The notes beneath the pieces were generated by a model that saw nothing but the letters and a program-made list of their open reading frames with translations, was not told the origin of the DNA and did not search any database. Shown piece by piece: positions 23,851-35,112 of a stretch of DNA of 64,000 nucleotides. Source of the stretch: Rhynchopus sp. YZ270_cl-10 (taxonomy: Eukaryota); NCBI GenBank assembly GCA_964035575.1, contig OZ037844.1, positions 1,240,001-1,304,000 on the forward strand, in the 5' to 3' direction. Position numbers and translations under genes: made by a program. Positions within the stretch are counted from its first letter, which is position 1. Every line of letters starts with the position of its first letter.

Positions 23851-24861
23851 ATATCTCATATCTGAAAACCGTCATATCTCGAATTCGAGATATGACTTAT
23901 GACCCCGCCAAACCCCTGTTTTATGAGCACCCCTGCTTTTTGTGGGATTGGGTCCCACATAAAAATGCCTATAATATTTTACAACTCTGACTTAAGCACA
24001 GAATGGCGTAGACTTTCATCCCAACACCCTTTTTTTTCTTCTTTGTTTTTCTTCTTCAACACCCCGGGGATTCGATAACCCCGCGGGGTCAGTGCTTGCA
24101 TCTCAGAGGTGTTTTGCACTATCAACTTCACTTTTTTTTTTTTCCATTTTTTTTTTTTTTTTTCCATCTTTTTCGTCCCCCCCTTGCTAATGGTTCTGTT
24201 CATTCTGTATTTTCCCAGAATGCATCAGGGTATGCAATAAAGCCATCCCCCCAACAAAGGTGAGCAGTCTCACCTTATCCCCCCAGCCCCCCAGGTGTAG
24301 TGGAACTCAGAGAGGAAAATATCCCCCCACAAAAAGAAGATTTTTTTTATTTGAAATTCTCTCAAAGCATCCCGTAGGCTGTGTCCAGGTATTGTGTTTC
24401 GAAGTTGTTTGGGAGACGAAAAAAAGGGTTCGATGGCATCCGATTTTGAGTGTGTAACAACTCACCTGCCGAATGAACCTGTCCCGAAAATGGATGGTGC
24501 TCAAGCGACCCACCCATAGTCGGCCGTGCTCCGGTATTGAAAAGCCGTGGCATGCGTAGGAGTGCGTGACCCACGCCGCGAAGGAGTTGGCGTGAGCCTC
24601 TCTGGAGCGTGGGTGAGTGCAGATCTTGGTTGTAGTAGCGAATATTCAATGGAGAACATTGAAGGCCGAAGTGGAGAAGGTTTCCGCGTCAACAGCATTT
24701 GGACAGTGGGTCAGTCAGTCCGAAGGTTTTAGCACGTTTCAACAACTCCTTGTTTGGTTGATGGTCTTGGTTCTTTGCCTCCTTTGTGTCCCTCCTCCCC
24801 ACCTCACAACCCACGCATAAAAAGGAAAACCACAACACACATTAACGAGAAGTTCAAAACC

Positions 24862-26223
24862 ATGTCGAAGCGACACGCAGACAGCACACCTGACGAGAAG
24901 GCACCAAAGAGAAGAAAGCTTTCAGACTCGGTCTTGGTGGAGGCTGCCAGGAACGGCGACACGACTGCCGTGCGGGTGGGACTTGAGAAGCTCATCCCAG
25001 ACACAGACAGCAAAACGGTTGCCTTCGATGCTGTGCATGAGGCATGCAGAGGGAACCACGATGAATGCCTCGCACTGCTTCTTCCGTATGTTGAGACAAC
25101 GCAGATGGGCTTCGGGATGCTGCTGAGTGAGTGCATCCACGCAGACCACACTGCGTGCACGGAGGTCCTCTTGCAGCATTGGAAGTCAGTCTGCAGCAAC
25201 GTTGCGTTTGTCCCACACGGGAGCAAGACGAAACCTCGTCCCTGTCCAGCCATGTGGGCGGACCCTGCAGTGTGTCAGGTGCTCATTGATGCAGGGGCAG
25301 ACATCGAGACAAAGGATGAGGATGGACGTTCACCTCTTCTCAGGGCGAGCGTTTCAGGCAAGATTGCAGTTGTGAAGATGTTGGTTGAAGCAGGTGCAAG
25401 AGTGTGTGTCACAGATGAGGAAGGAGACACATGTGTTATGCTGGCTGCAGCCTGTGGACACACCGAGACTGTGCGTTATCTTGTGGACTTGCCAGAGGTG
25501 GACGTGAACAAGAAGGCTACCGATGGCAACACTGCGATGCTCCTTGTTGCTGAAGGAAGTCATGCAGACGTGGTGCAGGTGCTCATTGATGCAGGGGCAG
25601 ACATCGAGGCAAGGGACGAGGATGGACGTTCGTCTCTGCACGTGGCTTGCTATTCAGGAGAAGTCGCAGTTGTGAAGATGTTGGTCGGAGCAGGTGCAGA
25701 CGTGTGTGTCACAGATGACGATGGAAGCGGATGTCTCATACTTGCGACACGTAATGGACGCACCGAGACTGTGCGTACTCTTCTGTGCATGCCTGAGGTG
25801 GACGTGAATCAGTCGAATTCCGGGGGCTTCACTGCACTGCACCACGCTGTGTCACAGAAGCACTTAGATGTGGTGGAGGTGCTTATTGATGCAGGGGAAG
25901 ACGTTGAGGCAAAGAGTGATGGGATGGGCTATACGCCTCTTCACTGTGCTTGTGAGGTTGGGGAACGCGAAATTGTGAGGATGTTACTGGAAGCAGGTGC
26001 GGACGTGTGTTCCCTTACAGAGGACGATGGAGACACATGCTTTGTTCTTGCTGCTTATTTTGGACACACCGAGACTGTGCGTTATCTTTTGGGCTTGAAG
26101 GATGTGGATGTGAACCACAGGGATTTGTCTGGCCACACTGCGTTGCACCATGCGAGACAGAAACAACATACAGATGTGGAGCAGGTTCTCCTCGAGCACG
26201 GTGGGGAAGTCTTTCCGCAATGA
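24862..26223 (+). CDS. Ankyrin-repeat protein, 453 aa from the conserved Met
   Basis: MSKRHADS start shared with the family; C-cap ...EHGGEVFPQ. Confidence 0.92.
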   Translation: MSKRHADSTPDEKAPKRRKLSDSVLVEAARNGDTTAVRVGLEKLIPDTDSKTVAFDAVHEACRGNHDECLALLLPYVETTQMGFGMLLSECIHADHTACTEVLLQHWKSVCSNVAFVPHGSKTKPRPCPAMWADPAVCQVLIDAGADIETKDEDGRSPLLRASVSGKIAVVKMLVEAGARVCVTDEEGDTCVMLAAACGHTETVRYLVDLPEVDVNKKATDGNTAMLLVAEGSHADVVQVLIDAGADIEARDEDGRSSLHVACYSGEVAVVKMLVGAGADVCVTDDDGSGCLILATRNGRTETVRTLLCMPEVDVNQSNSGGFTALHHAVSQKHLDVVEVLIDAGEDVEAKSDGMGYTPLHCACEVGEREIVRMLLEAGADVCSLTEDDGDTCFVLAAYFGHTETVRYLLGLKDVDVNHRDLSGHTALHHARQKQHTDVEQVLLEHGGEVFPQ

Positions 26224-26461
26224 GGCACATTGTGCCTGGTGGTTATCGGCAACTGAACGAAACAATCTCAGACAAACTGGGCTCGGGCAGGCCAGTCGAT
26301 GTGGCAGCACGCACCTACCATACGTGCACACACGAAGGTGCTATGTGGTCATGTGTGGCCATGATGTGACGTATCTGTACACTTGGTATCGACAGCGATT
26401 ATGCCAGCTGACCCGTGGTCGAACTATGACTCATTGCATGGGTACAAATCGAGGGAACAAC

Positions 26462-26575
26462 TACATGGGTGGGCAAACGTACCTGGAGGAAGAAGCCCTG
26501 TACACCGCTGTTGGGATGTTCAGCGACTCCCCACTGAGCCACACCAGGGTGCTCATCGTCATGGGAGATGGTACT
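26462..26575 (+). pseudogene. Possible von Willebrand A domain fragment
   Basis: YMGGQTYLEEEALYTAVGMFSDSPLSHTRVLIVMGDG resembles the vWA GGT-x-L..AL..A...F.....(K/R)VLIV.(T)DG segment. Confidence 0.45.
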
Positions 26576-27466
26576 GTCTTAGGTGATAGGATGTGTCTGC
26601 TCTAGGGCCTACCAGGTGTGGTTAATATGGGTGGAAGATTGCCCGGTGTATTTGTTCATTAGTTTCTTGAGTATTTCCGACGTTCGGAACATGGCGAAAA
26701 GGTGGGGTGCATGCGTTCTGAGGGTGCGGCGACGTGCTCTGTATATCAGATTGGCATGGCGAGAGAAACTGGGTCAAGAGCCGTCTTTACATAAAGAGAG
26801 TCTTGCGTGTCTGCGTCATCGTGCCCTGTGTGAGTAGGTTCCTTCATTGGTGCCGAAAGCGTGGCATCTTGGTGTTTCGTGGGGGTGTTCTTGAAGGCTG
26901 GGAGAAGGGAGAAGGGGGAAGGGGGAGGTTACCTCCGGCACCTAGGCTACGCTGACTATGGGTAGTTGTGGTTCAGGAGGGTTTTTTTGGGGGGGTTTTT
27001 TTTTCCAGATTCCGCGGGTCTTCACTCACGATGTTGCGTTGTGTGTGGTGTGTGTACTTGCCCCTGGGGTTGGCTGGGGATGGTTGGGGAACAGACAAGG
27101 CAAGAAATAGATTATCTCTTTGCCCTTGGGGATATGCCTTTACTTGCCGCTTTCTGCGTCCACTCAACCCAGCTGTGGGGATGACGGAAGCTGTAGGCAT
27201 GAGTGGCTTAGGTTCACCTTCCCAACTTTTCAATTGTATGCTTTCAGTTGTGGGCAACCCACCCATATGGGATGGGTTTGGGGATGGCATCTCGTATGTG
27301 ACTCTTGGGCCACGTATCGGCATGATATGGGACGTTGTGTATCGTGTGTGCCACCTCGATCGGACAGAAGAGTGCAAAAGCAACCCTGCCGGGTAGGCTA
27401 GGGTGAAGGAGGATACGTTGTCCCCTTGCCTCTTGAGGTCAAATAGGTCGTTTGATGCGGGGATGG

Positions 27467-28210
27467 TATGTGGGTGACTGTGGTTTGGGATCTTATGAGC
27501 CTCTTTGTGTTGCTATGTGACATACCCTGGTGGGTGTAAGGGTGTGCAGGGCACGTTCTCGGCATCGTTGTAGGGTAGGGGGGGGGACTACTAGGGGGGG
27601 GTGGTGTGGTTCCTGTTCGCCTTGTTTGGATGGTCTTGGTTCTTTGCCTCCTTTGTGTCCCTCCTCCCCACCTCACAACCCCCGCATAAAAAGCAAGACC
27701 ACAACACACATTAACGAGAAGTTCAAAACCATGTCGAAGCGACACACAGACAGCACACCTGACGAGAAGGCACCAAAGAGAAGAAAGCTTTCAGGCTCGG
27801 TCTTGGTGGAGGCTGCCAGGAACGGCGACACGACTGCCGTGGAGGTGGGACTTGAGAAGCTCATCCCAGACACAGACAGCAAAACGGTTTCCTTCGATGC
27901 TGTGCACGAGGCATGCAGAGGGAACCACGATGAATGCCTCGCACTGCTTCTTCCGTATGTTGAGACAACGCAGATGGGCTTCGGGATGCTGCTGAGTGAG
28001 TGCGTCCACGCAGACCACACTGCTTCATTGCGATGCTCCTTGCTGCCGGGGGTGATATGTGGGTGACTGGTTTGGGAGCATCTTATGAGCCTCTTTGTGT
28101 TGCTATGTGACATACCCTGGTGGGTGTAAGGGTGTGCAGGGCACGTTCCCGGCATCGTTGTAGGGTAGGGGGGGGGACTACTAGGGGGGGGTGGTGTGGT
28201 TCCTGTTCGC
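27467..28210 (+). repeat. ~155-bp direct repeats (27467-27620 and 28056-28210) flanking the ankyrin fragment
   Basis: TCTTATGAGCCTCTTTGTG...GGTTCCTGTTCGC present twice, nearly identical. Confidence 0.9.
27621..28024 (+). pseudogene. Isolated 5' fragment (leader plus N-module, ATG 27731) of the ankyrin family
   Basis: Near copy of ~24749-25153; homology ends after HADHTA. Confidence 0.88.
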
Positions 28211-29969
28211 ACGCTGAAGGGCTTGAGATCACGACCGTGGGGGGCTCCGCAATGGTGATTGATGTGCGGTGCTTTGCAGTGTTGTGTGCAGTTATCAGTG
28301 GGGTGTGGGGGATGGGGGTGGGGTTCATTGCAGAGGGGATGCGGAGTGTGCATGCTTCTGTTGCATACCACGTGGTGTTGTATGGCTGGATATAGGGCTT
28401 CGTTTGCGTCCAGAACTGCATGTGGCATGCGAGGGGGGTATGGCAGGTGCCTATGGGGATGGGGTGTTCTCTGCCGTTGTATTCGTCGGGTTGAGCACGT
28501 TGTGCATCATCCATGACAGGAACACATCGGCATTGAGAACGGGGCCTTGCTAGTCTCTAGATCTGCACGGTTTGGCTGTCATATATTGCGAACCTTCTGT
28601 CATGGAGGAGCGGGCGCAGGCATGCTCATGCACACCAGGCCAGTCCTGCCACAACACCACACCTACACATATCGCCTTGACGCCAGGTCAAGGTGTATGT
28701 TGTGTTCTCCCGGGGTCGTCTGCCGGCGTCCTGCAAGGTGTGGTGTTGTGGGTTGTGTGGGAAGGGGGAGGGGTGCTTAGGGGTCTGAGGTGCGTCACCT
28801 CTGGCTGTGGTGTGGTGGTGGCCATCTCTGTCAGACAGTAGTGTGCCCTTGAGGTGCGTCGTTGTGATGGATTCTGTTTGGGGTGGTGGCTGTGGTGGTG
28901 ATGGTGCTGTCAATGGCTGGGGGTTTTTTTGTTCTCTCTAGGGTGTGGAGAAGGGGTCATCTTCCTTTTTTATACATCTTCTGTTGTTGGCCGCAGGGTA
29001 TTTGTGCTTTCATCCGGATGGCTGGCATCGTACGTGGGTCAGTCGGAGGTGCCTGCATTAATAACTTCACTTTATATCCTCTCCCATACTGCGAAACGGG
29101 CAGAGGACCCCAACCGGACCCTACATCACAGAGGATCCATGTCCCTGTATTTGCAATGATCCCCGTTCATCTGGCTGATGTAGTGGAAGCGGGAGTAGCA
29201 CATATCAGATGTAAACCACGAAGTGGATGTAGGGCCGCATGGTTGGGTGGTACAGCCGGCCCTGTACCAAAGGTACACTGTCACGAGAGGGCTTTGTGTT
29301 TCAAGTCAACTTTTTTTTTCTCTCTCCCGATCACGGCATCTATAAGCCCTTACTAAGGGATATGAGCTTCCCCCGTAATTTATTACTAAGAGCTTACTAA
29401 GCCCTTACTGAGGGCTTACAAAGAGCTTACCAAGAGTGTACTTACCCCTAGGCGACAAATAGAAAATACTCGCCCAAAACTCTCCCATTTTTGGGGAGCG
29501 AGTTTGGGGCGTTTCTTTTTGGTCGTGGGAAAAATGCACCTACGAAAATGTGAGGGAAATTTCGAGCTTTGTAAATAAATTTTTTCCGTTCCTCTTGACC
29601 AAGACCTCGATAGTTTGCATTCGCTTCCACAAACTCGCAAACCCGCCTTCAACGCGTTGAGATGGTGCTGGGAGTTCAAATCTTCTTCCGGGATGTCGGA
29701 TGTGACGTTCTAGAGCCCTCCCAGGAACTTTCACAGATGCACAGATGGTGCGATGTAGTCGTGGGGGAATACCGCCCACATGGGGTGGCCTGCAGGGTCT
29801 GCCATTTACCGGCATGGCGAGGACATTGTTGTACAGCGAATCTGCCCCGACCCATGCCTTTGTGGTCCTCCATATTGTAGCGCATCTTGTCCCCGGGATC
29901 CATGGCACGCCTGGGATCATTTGCACCCGAGTTTGGACGAATTTTTGGCCAGAAGGTATGCCTAAGCAT

Positions 29970-30133
29970 ACACTCGATGTGAGTCGCATTCTCGGGCTAT
30001 TTTGGTCTGGAGAAAAATTCTCGCACAATTCTCGCTCATTCTCATAATTCTCCGTGGTCATGTAACGCCAAAACCCTCTCTCCGTGATGCGAGAATACGA
30101 AAATGATTCTCGCATACGACTCGCATCGAGTGT
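29970..30133. mobile_element. Small MITE-like inverted-repeat element
   Basis: ACACTCGATGTGAGTCGCAT and ATACGACTCGCATCGAGTGT form a 20-bp IR with 2 mismatches; internal ATTCTC repeats. Confidence 0.55.
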
Positions 30134-30141
30134 GGCTTGGG

Positions 30142-30727
30142 CTATGCTGCGTGCGCACGGCGCACGCACACGGCAGTGTGTACGGCAGTGCTTGTTATGA
30201 AGGAAGAGAAAATATCCGGCAGAACCCCCGAGACTTTGGCCCGTTGGGGCACCTGTTGTACTCCGCCTGCGGCGGCAGCCGACGCACGACATCGATCATC
30301 TCCTGAAACCTCTCAGAAGAGGGGGTGTTCAGGGTTGTAGAACAACCATGAGGCAATCGCGCGATCAGCTTCGTGGGGCACCCGCCAGTGTTCCACACAT
30401 CCGGTGACAACCTCTTTTGCCCCCTTTGCAGAGGTCTTCGCCTTCTGCTGCTGCTCCCCAACCCCTCGAGCCACTGTGTGTGTTCCTCTTCCGTTTTGTG
30501 GAGAGGAAGGTGAGACGCGTTTCTCCGCCTTTCTCGAAGTGCGCTGTAATCCGGGATCCACCCCTGCGCATAGGGGCTGGTACAGTACAACAAAGGGCAA
30601 CGTATAGGAGCTAGGCTTCCTACGTTGAACAAGGGACGTGCGCAAATACGTGCGCACGCGTGCGCACTAACATATCAGAAAGTGCGCACGGCGGACGCGT
30701 ACGTACGGCCGTGCGCACGCAGCATAG
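30142..30727. mobile_element. Nested element with perfect 20-bp TIR
   Basis: CTATGCTGCGTGCGCACGGC / GCCGTGCGCACGCAGCATAG; flanks GGCTTGGG / GGCTAAGG (6 of 8 match). Confidence 0.65.
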
Positions 30728-33700
30728 GGCTAAGGGGGGACATCCGGCCGTTTTTGCTGTCCAAAGCCACCTTTTTTTGTAAAAAAAACCGCGAAAACCC
30801 CGAAAAACATCCCAAAACCCGCCAAATCCCCCAAAATCACCCAAAACCACCCAAAACCACGAAGGAGGACTCAAGCAAGGCTTTACTGCACTTATGCACA
30901 GGATACGTTGTCATTTTCAGGTACAAAAAAGGGTAACCTATCTCTGCTACCAGGTCCTGGGTATGACCTAAAACTGCATCCAGTCGTGGAGGTATGTTCC
31001 TAGTAGGTAGGGGGGGGCTCTATGATGGGATTCCTTTGACCGCGCGAAGGCCTTGTGCCGGGGACGTATGGGGGGATGAACTAGAGCCCTGCGACCGCCC
31101 GTGGGACAATACCTTTGGGGGGGATACATGAGCGACCCCGAGGTGGGCTCTAAGAGCACTCCTTACCCATAACGCACAGCTCCGTCGATGAGTAGGTATG
31201 GTAAGGGATTAACGTACCCAAAGTCGGCGCTCTCAAGACCCTATGGCGGACCCCGTTCGGCTTTGGCCTGGGGACGGGCACGGTGAAGGTGTGCCTATTA
31301 CGGTAGGGGTGCCTGAATCGGAGAGCCGCCACCTAAGAACATGATGAAAATAATATATTCAAGCTTGTCTTCTGGCCACTGCACACTTTTGTGTACGCGA
31401 ATTGACGTCATGATTGACACCACCCACATAAAAACACTTTGTTATTTACATCCGATTCCACGAAAAAAGTCCTGGGCTGGACGTTAAATTGCATCCGGGG
31501 GCCCTTTTGTGGCACTCCTCCTGAAACTCTATGAAGGTCTGACCTGAGGGTAAAAGGTGCTGGGTATGCTACCCTGGGTGCTGAAGGCAGGCACACAACA
31601 TGTGTGGAGGGACCTGCAGAGCCCTAGCCAGTGAAGCCAAGGAGGCCCCCCTAGGAAACTAGGGAACGGATTGGAAGAGACCTCGCCGGTAGCCGGGAAC
31701 CCTCCCTGGGCTAGTACAATGATGAAACTTCAATCTAAAGTCCACACCCACGTGGCGGCCGCTTTGGCATGCGTCTGTAAGGACAGCCTTGACTGATACT
31801 TTCTGTATTAGCACACGATTGCCTCCCTGAAGGCTACGTAGCTACCTGAGTACAAAAAAAAAAAAAAAAAAAAAGGGTACTTTGAAGCGTTTGGGGCACA
31901 CACACCCGCTGCAAAATGCATCTGGAACCCACGCTAGACCCCTAAAAGCTGTAAAAACTGTTTATTTCACCTCGGTACCCCAGCTGATGTGGACCGAGGT
32001 GTTTTTCGGGTGTTTAGAAGGAATTTTGTCTGATTGGAGAAAATTTTTGGTAAGTGTTGCATTTTTGGCCCCACACTCTGAGGATCGGGTATCGGAATTT
32101 TGGGTGATTTTTCACAATTATCGCATTTCAATTTTGGTGAGGTCCAAAACTACCCCTAATGATCTTAGTACACTCTTGGTAAGCTCTTTGTAAGAAATTA
32201 AGCCCTTAATTTTTGAGTGCATTAAATTAAGGGCTGAATGTAAGAGGTGGGAGGGGCTTATGGATGGCGTGGACCGATGGAAAAAATGGCCCCCACAAAG
32301 GTTGTTGTGGGGTCTCTAGGGCGTGGCACAGAGTACGAAAGAGCACGGAGATGTTGCGTTCTCACACGCAGTCGTCTGTTGCTGTGTGTTGTTGGCTATT
32401 GGTTCCGGATGTCCCGCTCCCTCTTTGGCAGTGTGCGTTCATTCACAACATGACAAACAGGTGCAGGGTGGTTCCGTGCTTATCATAGAACCTACCTTGT
32501 GTGTCTCCCAAAAACCAAAAAAGCGTTGTGAAGTTTTGAAGGAAAAATAAAAAAAAACGACGTTTCGTGCAGAGCTCGCGCTAAAGTCCATCCCTCATCC
32601 CGGGATTTTTGGGGGTTTTGGTAGGAACGTTTTTTTTTTGCAGTACGGGGATTTCATTAAGAAACCAGAAGTTCTAATATTGTTGAGTAAGACCACCACA
32701 TAGTGGACTTGCATATACATGTGACCCCGCCGTGGAACGCAATTGGCTCGGAAAGTCAAAAGAAAGAGGAGAAAAAAGAAAAGGAAAAAAAAAAAAAAAA
32801 GTTGGTTACCGTGCGCCTGCGGCGCTGCCTGTTCCCTTCCAGTTTCTACAGGCAAACACTTGCCCCCTTTACCTTACACTGACGGGTTTTGACCAAAACC
32901 AAGAACTTGTCCATTTCGGCAAATTGACCCCACCACAGAACGGACGAATTCCGGAAATGCAAATGCCGGTGTTTTCGCGCATTTTCATGTTGCAAGACGT
33001 CAGGATCAGGGAGAGAAAATCTGGTTGTGGGATTTACATTGGCCCTCTTTACCCACATGGATTTTGACCAAAACCAAAAAAATGGCCATTTCGGCAAAGT
33101 GACCCCACCACAGCGCGGACGGATTCCGGAAATTCCAATCGCGGTATGTTTTGGGGCTGAAAACCCACTGATTTTCAGGAGAAAAATTGCTTCCAAATCT
33201 CGGAATTTTCCGAATTTTCCTGAAAATGACCCTTGTTTACGAGTATGGGTTCATATTTTGCGAAAATTTAAGTCACTAAAATTTTGTCCATTTTTCCGTA
33301 TATACCCCACCACAAGCCGGGATTGGCCCGGAAATGCCACAAAACGGGGTTTCCGGGCCTCCCCAGCTAACCTTTTCAAGGAACGTTTTTCCGTACCCGA
33401 AATCCATTTTTTCCCCATTTTTCCCCATAATTAGCGCGACCACTGGTTTCGTGTAATGCACATCGCATCTCCTGGGTGCAGAGAAAGTGATGGAGGGGTC
33501 AACACATGGGGTGTGCACACCCCAAGAGAAAGTACTGTCCTCACAATAGTGCTGTGATTTGGAGCTCTCTGCCGGGAGCGCAGACTAGGGGAAAATGCGT
33601 TCACACGATGGTCGATCACTACGATCTAACTGGGGTGGGGGTGGGGGGGGGGTAACGTCGCCTACCAAGCGAATGAGATTGTATGAGGTTATGTTGGCAG

Positions 33701-33854
33701 CATACACACCCTCCGCCATGCGCCATGCGCCTGCTGTCCATCTGCATCTTTGCCTGAGCAGTGGAAGGTCACACCCCATACCCCAGACCCCTTCCCGCCC
33801 CCTTCTTCATATTTTTTTTTTTTAATAGAAAAGCCAACAAAACAAAATCTGATC

Positions 33855-35057
33855 ATGGTTCAAAGCGTGCTGTACAAATTCCTCGTTGTGGGGGATGTTG
33901 GGGTGGGGAAGACGACGATTGTGAAGCGTAATGTGCGAGACGTGTTTGCAAACACTAAGCCGACTATTGGGGTCGACTTTGTGCTGAAGGAGGTGAAGGA
34001 CGTGATCCCCGGGGCGCTGATCCGCCTGCAGCTTTGGGATGTGGCCGGGCAGGAACGGTACAAATCTTTGACCCGGGTTTACTACAAGGAGGCTGCGGCG
34101 GCTATTGTGGTGTTTGACACTACACAGTACGCGACGTTGGAGGGTGTGGAGGAGTGGAAGCGGGACATCGACGAGAAGGTGACCCTGCCGGATGGGCGTC
34201 CGATTCCGTGCATCCTTCTTGGCAACAAGGCTGACCTCGAGGCGTCGTGTGTGTCTGAGAAGCAGCTTGCGACGTTCGCAGAGAAGCACGGCTTTGTGCA
34301 CCACTTCTTTACCTCCGCCAAGTCTGGACTCAACATCAAAGAGTCGATGGATTGGCTTGTCGCGCACGTCTACAATGCGAACAAGGAGGCCCTCAAAAAG
34401 ACCGCCCAAATCGCGCCAAGAGACGAAGCGCCGACCAAGACGCTTACCCTGGAAAATGGAGGCTCGCAAAAAAATGTGCAAAAAACGTACAAAATATTGC
34501 TGATGAGTGCAGCCGGGTGTGGGAAGCGGAGTCTTGCGACGAGGTTGTCGAAGGATTCGTTCTCGGCTGCGCAGAAGCCTGCGGCTGCGACGGGGGCGTT
34601 GGGGATTGCGACGAAAGAGATCCAGACAAGGCAGGGGTTGGTCAAGGTGGAGCTGTGGGTCATCCCTGCGAAGCTGAAGCCTACGCTGACGAAGACGTAC
34701 TTCCAGGGCGCCTGCGGGGCGTTCTTCATCTACGATTCATCGAACTTCGCGACCCTGCAGGAGTTCACCCAGCTGCGCGCCACCTTCATGGAGCATGTGG
34801 GCGGGAAGCTGCCCCCTTGCGTCGTCATGGCCAACAAAGTAGACATGCCATCTGCCCGCCTGCTCAGCCCCAAGGAGGTCTCCGAACTGCTCGCGGAACA
34901 TGCCTTTGTGCACTACTTCGACACAAGTGCAGTCACAGGGCAGAACGTTTCCTCAGCCCTCGAATATCTCTGCCAAAACATTGCCGACACAAACCCCCGC
35001 GCCGGCATCAAAGCTGAGAGCAAACCTGCCCCCAAAAAGGGAGGCTGCTGCAAATGA
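33855..35057 (+). CDS. Tandem two-domain Rab GTPase (Rab32/38-like domain plus degenerate Rab domain), C-terminal CC prenylation motif
   Basis: Domain 1: GDVGVGKT, TIGVDF, WDVAGQERY, PCILLGNKAD, TSAK. Domain 2: SAAGCGKRS, no DxxG, NKVD, TSAV. Ends GGCCK. Confidence 0.9.
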   Translation: MVQSVLYKFLVVGDVGVGKTTIVKRNVRDVFANTKPTIGVDFVLKEVKDVIPGALIRLQLWDVAGQERYKSLTRVYYKEAAAAIVVFDTTQYATLEGVEEWKRDIDEKVTLPDGRPIPCILLGNKADLEASCVSEKQLATFAEKHGFVHHFFTSAKSGLNIKESMDWLVAHVYNANKEALKKTAQIAPRDEAPTKTLTLENGGSQKNVQKTYKILLMSAAGCGKRSLATRLSKDSFSAAQKPAAATGALGIATKEIQTRQGLVKVELWVIPAKLKPTLTKTYFQGACGAFFIYDSSNFATLQEFTQLRATFMEHVGGKLPPCVVMANKVDMPSARLLSPKEVSELLAEHAFVHYFDTSAVTGQNVSSALEYLCQNIADTNPRAGIKAESKPAPKKGGCCK

Positions 35058-35112
35058 GTTGTCTCTTGTGGATTGGATTGTGTTGCGCTTTTTTTTTTTG
35101 AAGTAAGGTGCA

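Larger units (their letters stand above)
22252..23935. mobile_element. Non-autonomous TIR element with 9-bp TSD, carrying nested insertions
   Basis: TIRs CAGGGGTGCTCATA (22252-22265) and TATGAGCACCCCTG (23922-23935); CTTTTTGTG on both sides (22243-22251, 23936-23944). Confidence 0.85.
29332..32271. mobile_element. Degraded TIR DNA transposon with CAC...GTG termini (CMC-like), containing nested inverted-repeat elements
   Basis: Outer IR CACGGCATCTATAAGCCC vs reverse complement CACGCCATCCATAAGCCC; perfect 28-bp inner IR at 29415-29442 / 32167-32194; flanks GAT / GAC. Confidence 0.65.

Noticed and set aside
26640..28900. Possible LINE/reverse transcriptase remnants on the minus strand (QGPVLNADVFLSWM)
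   Set aside because: Only one weak motif-like stretch and no YADD or other RT motifs in register.
29540..30292. 250-aa minus ORF as an intact gene
   Set aside because: It crosses boundaries of nested inverted-repeat elements and has no coherent domain.
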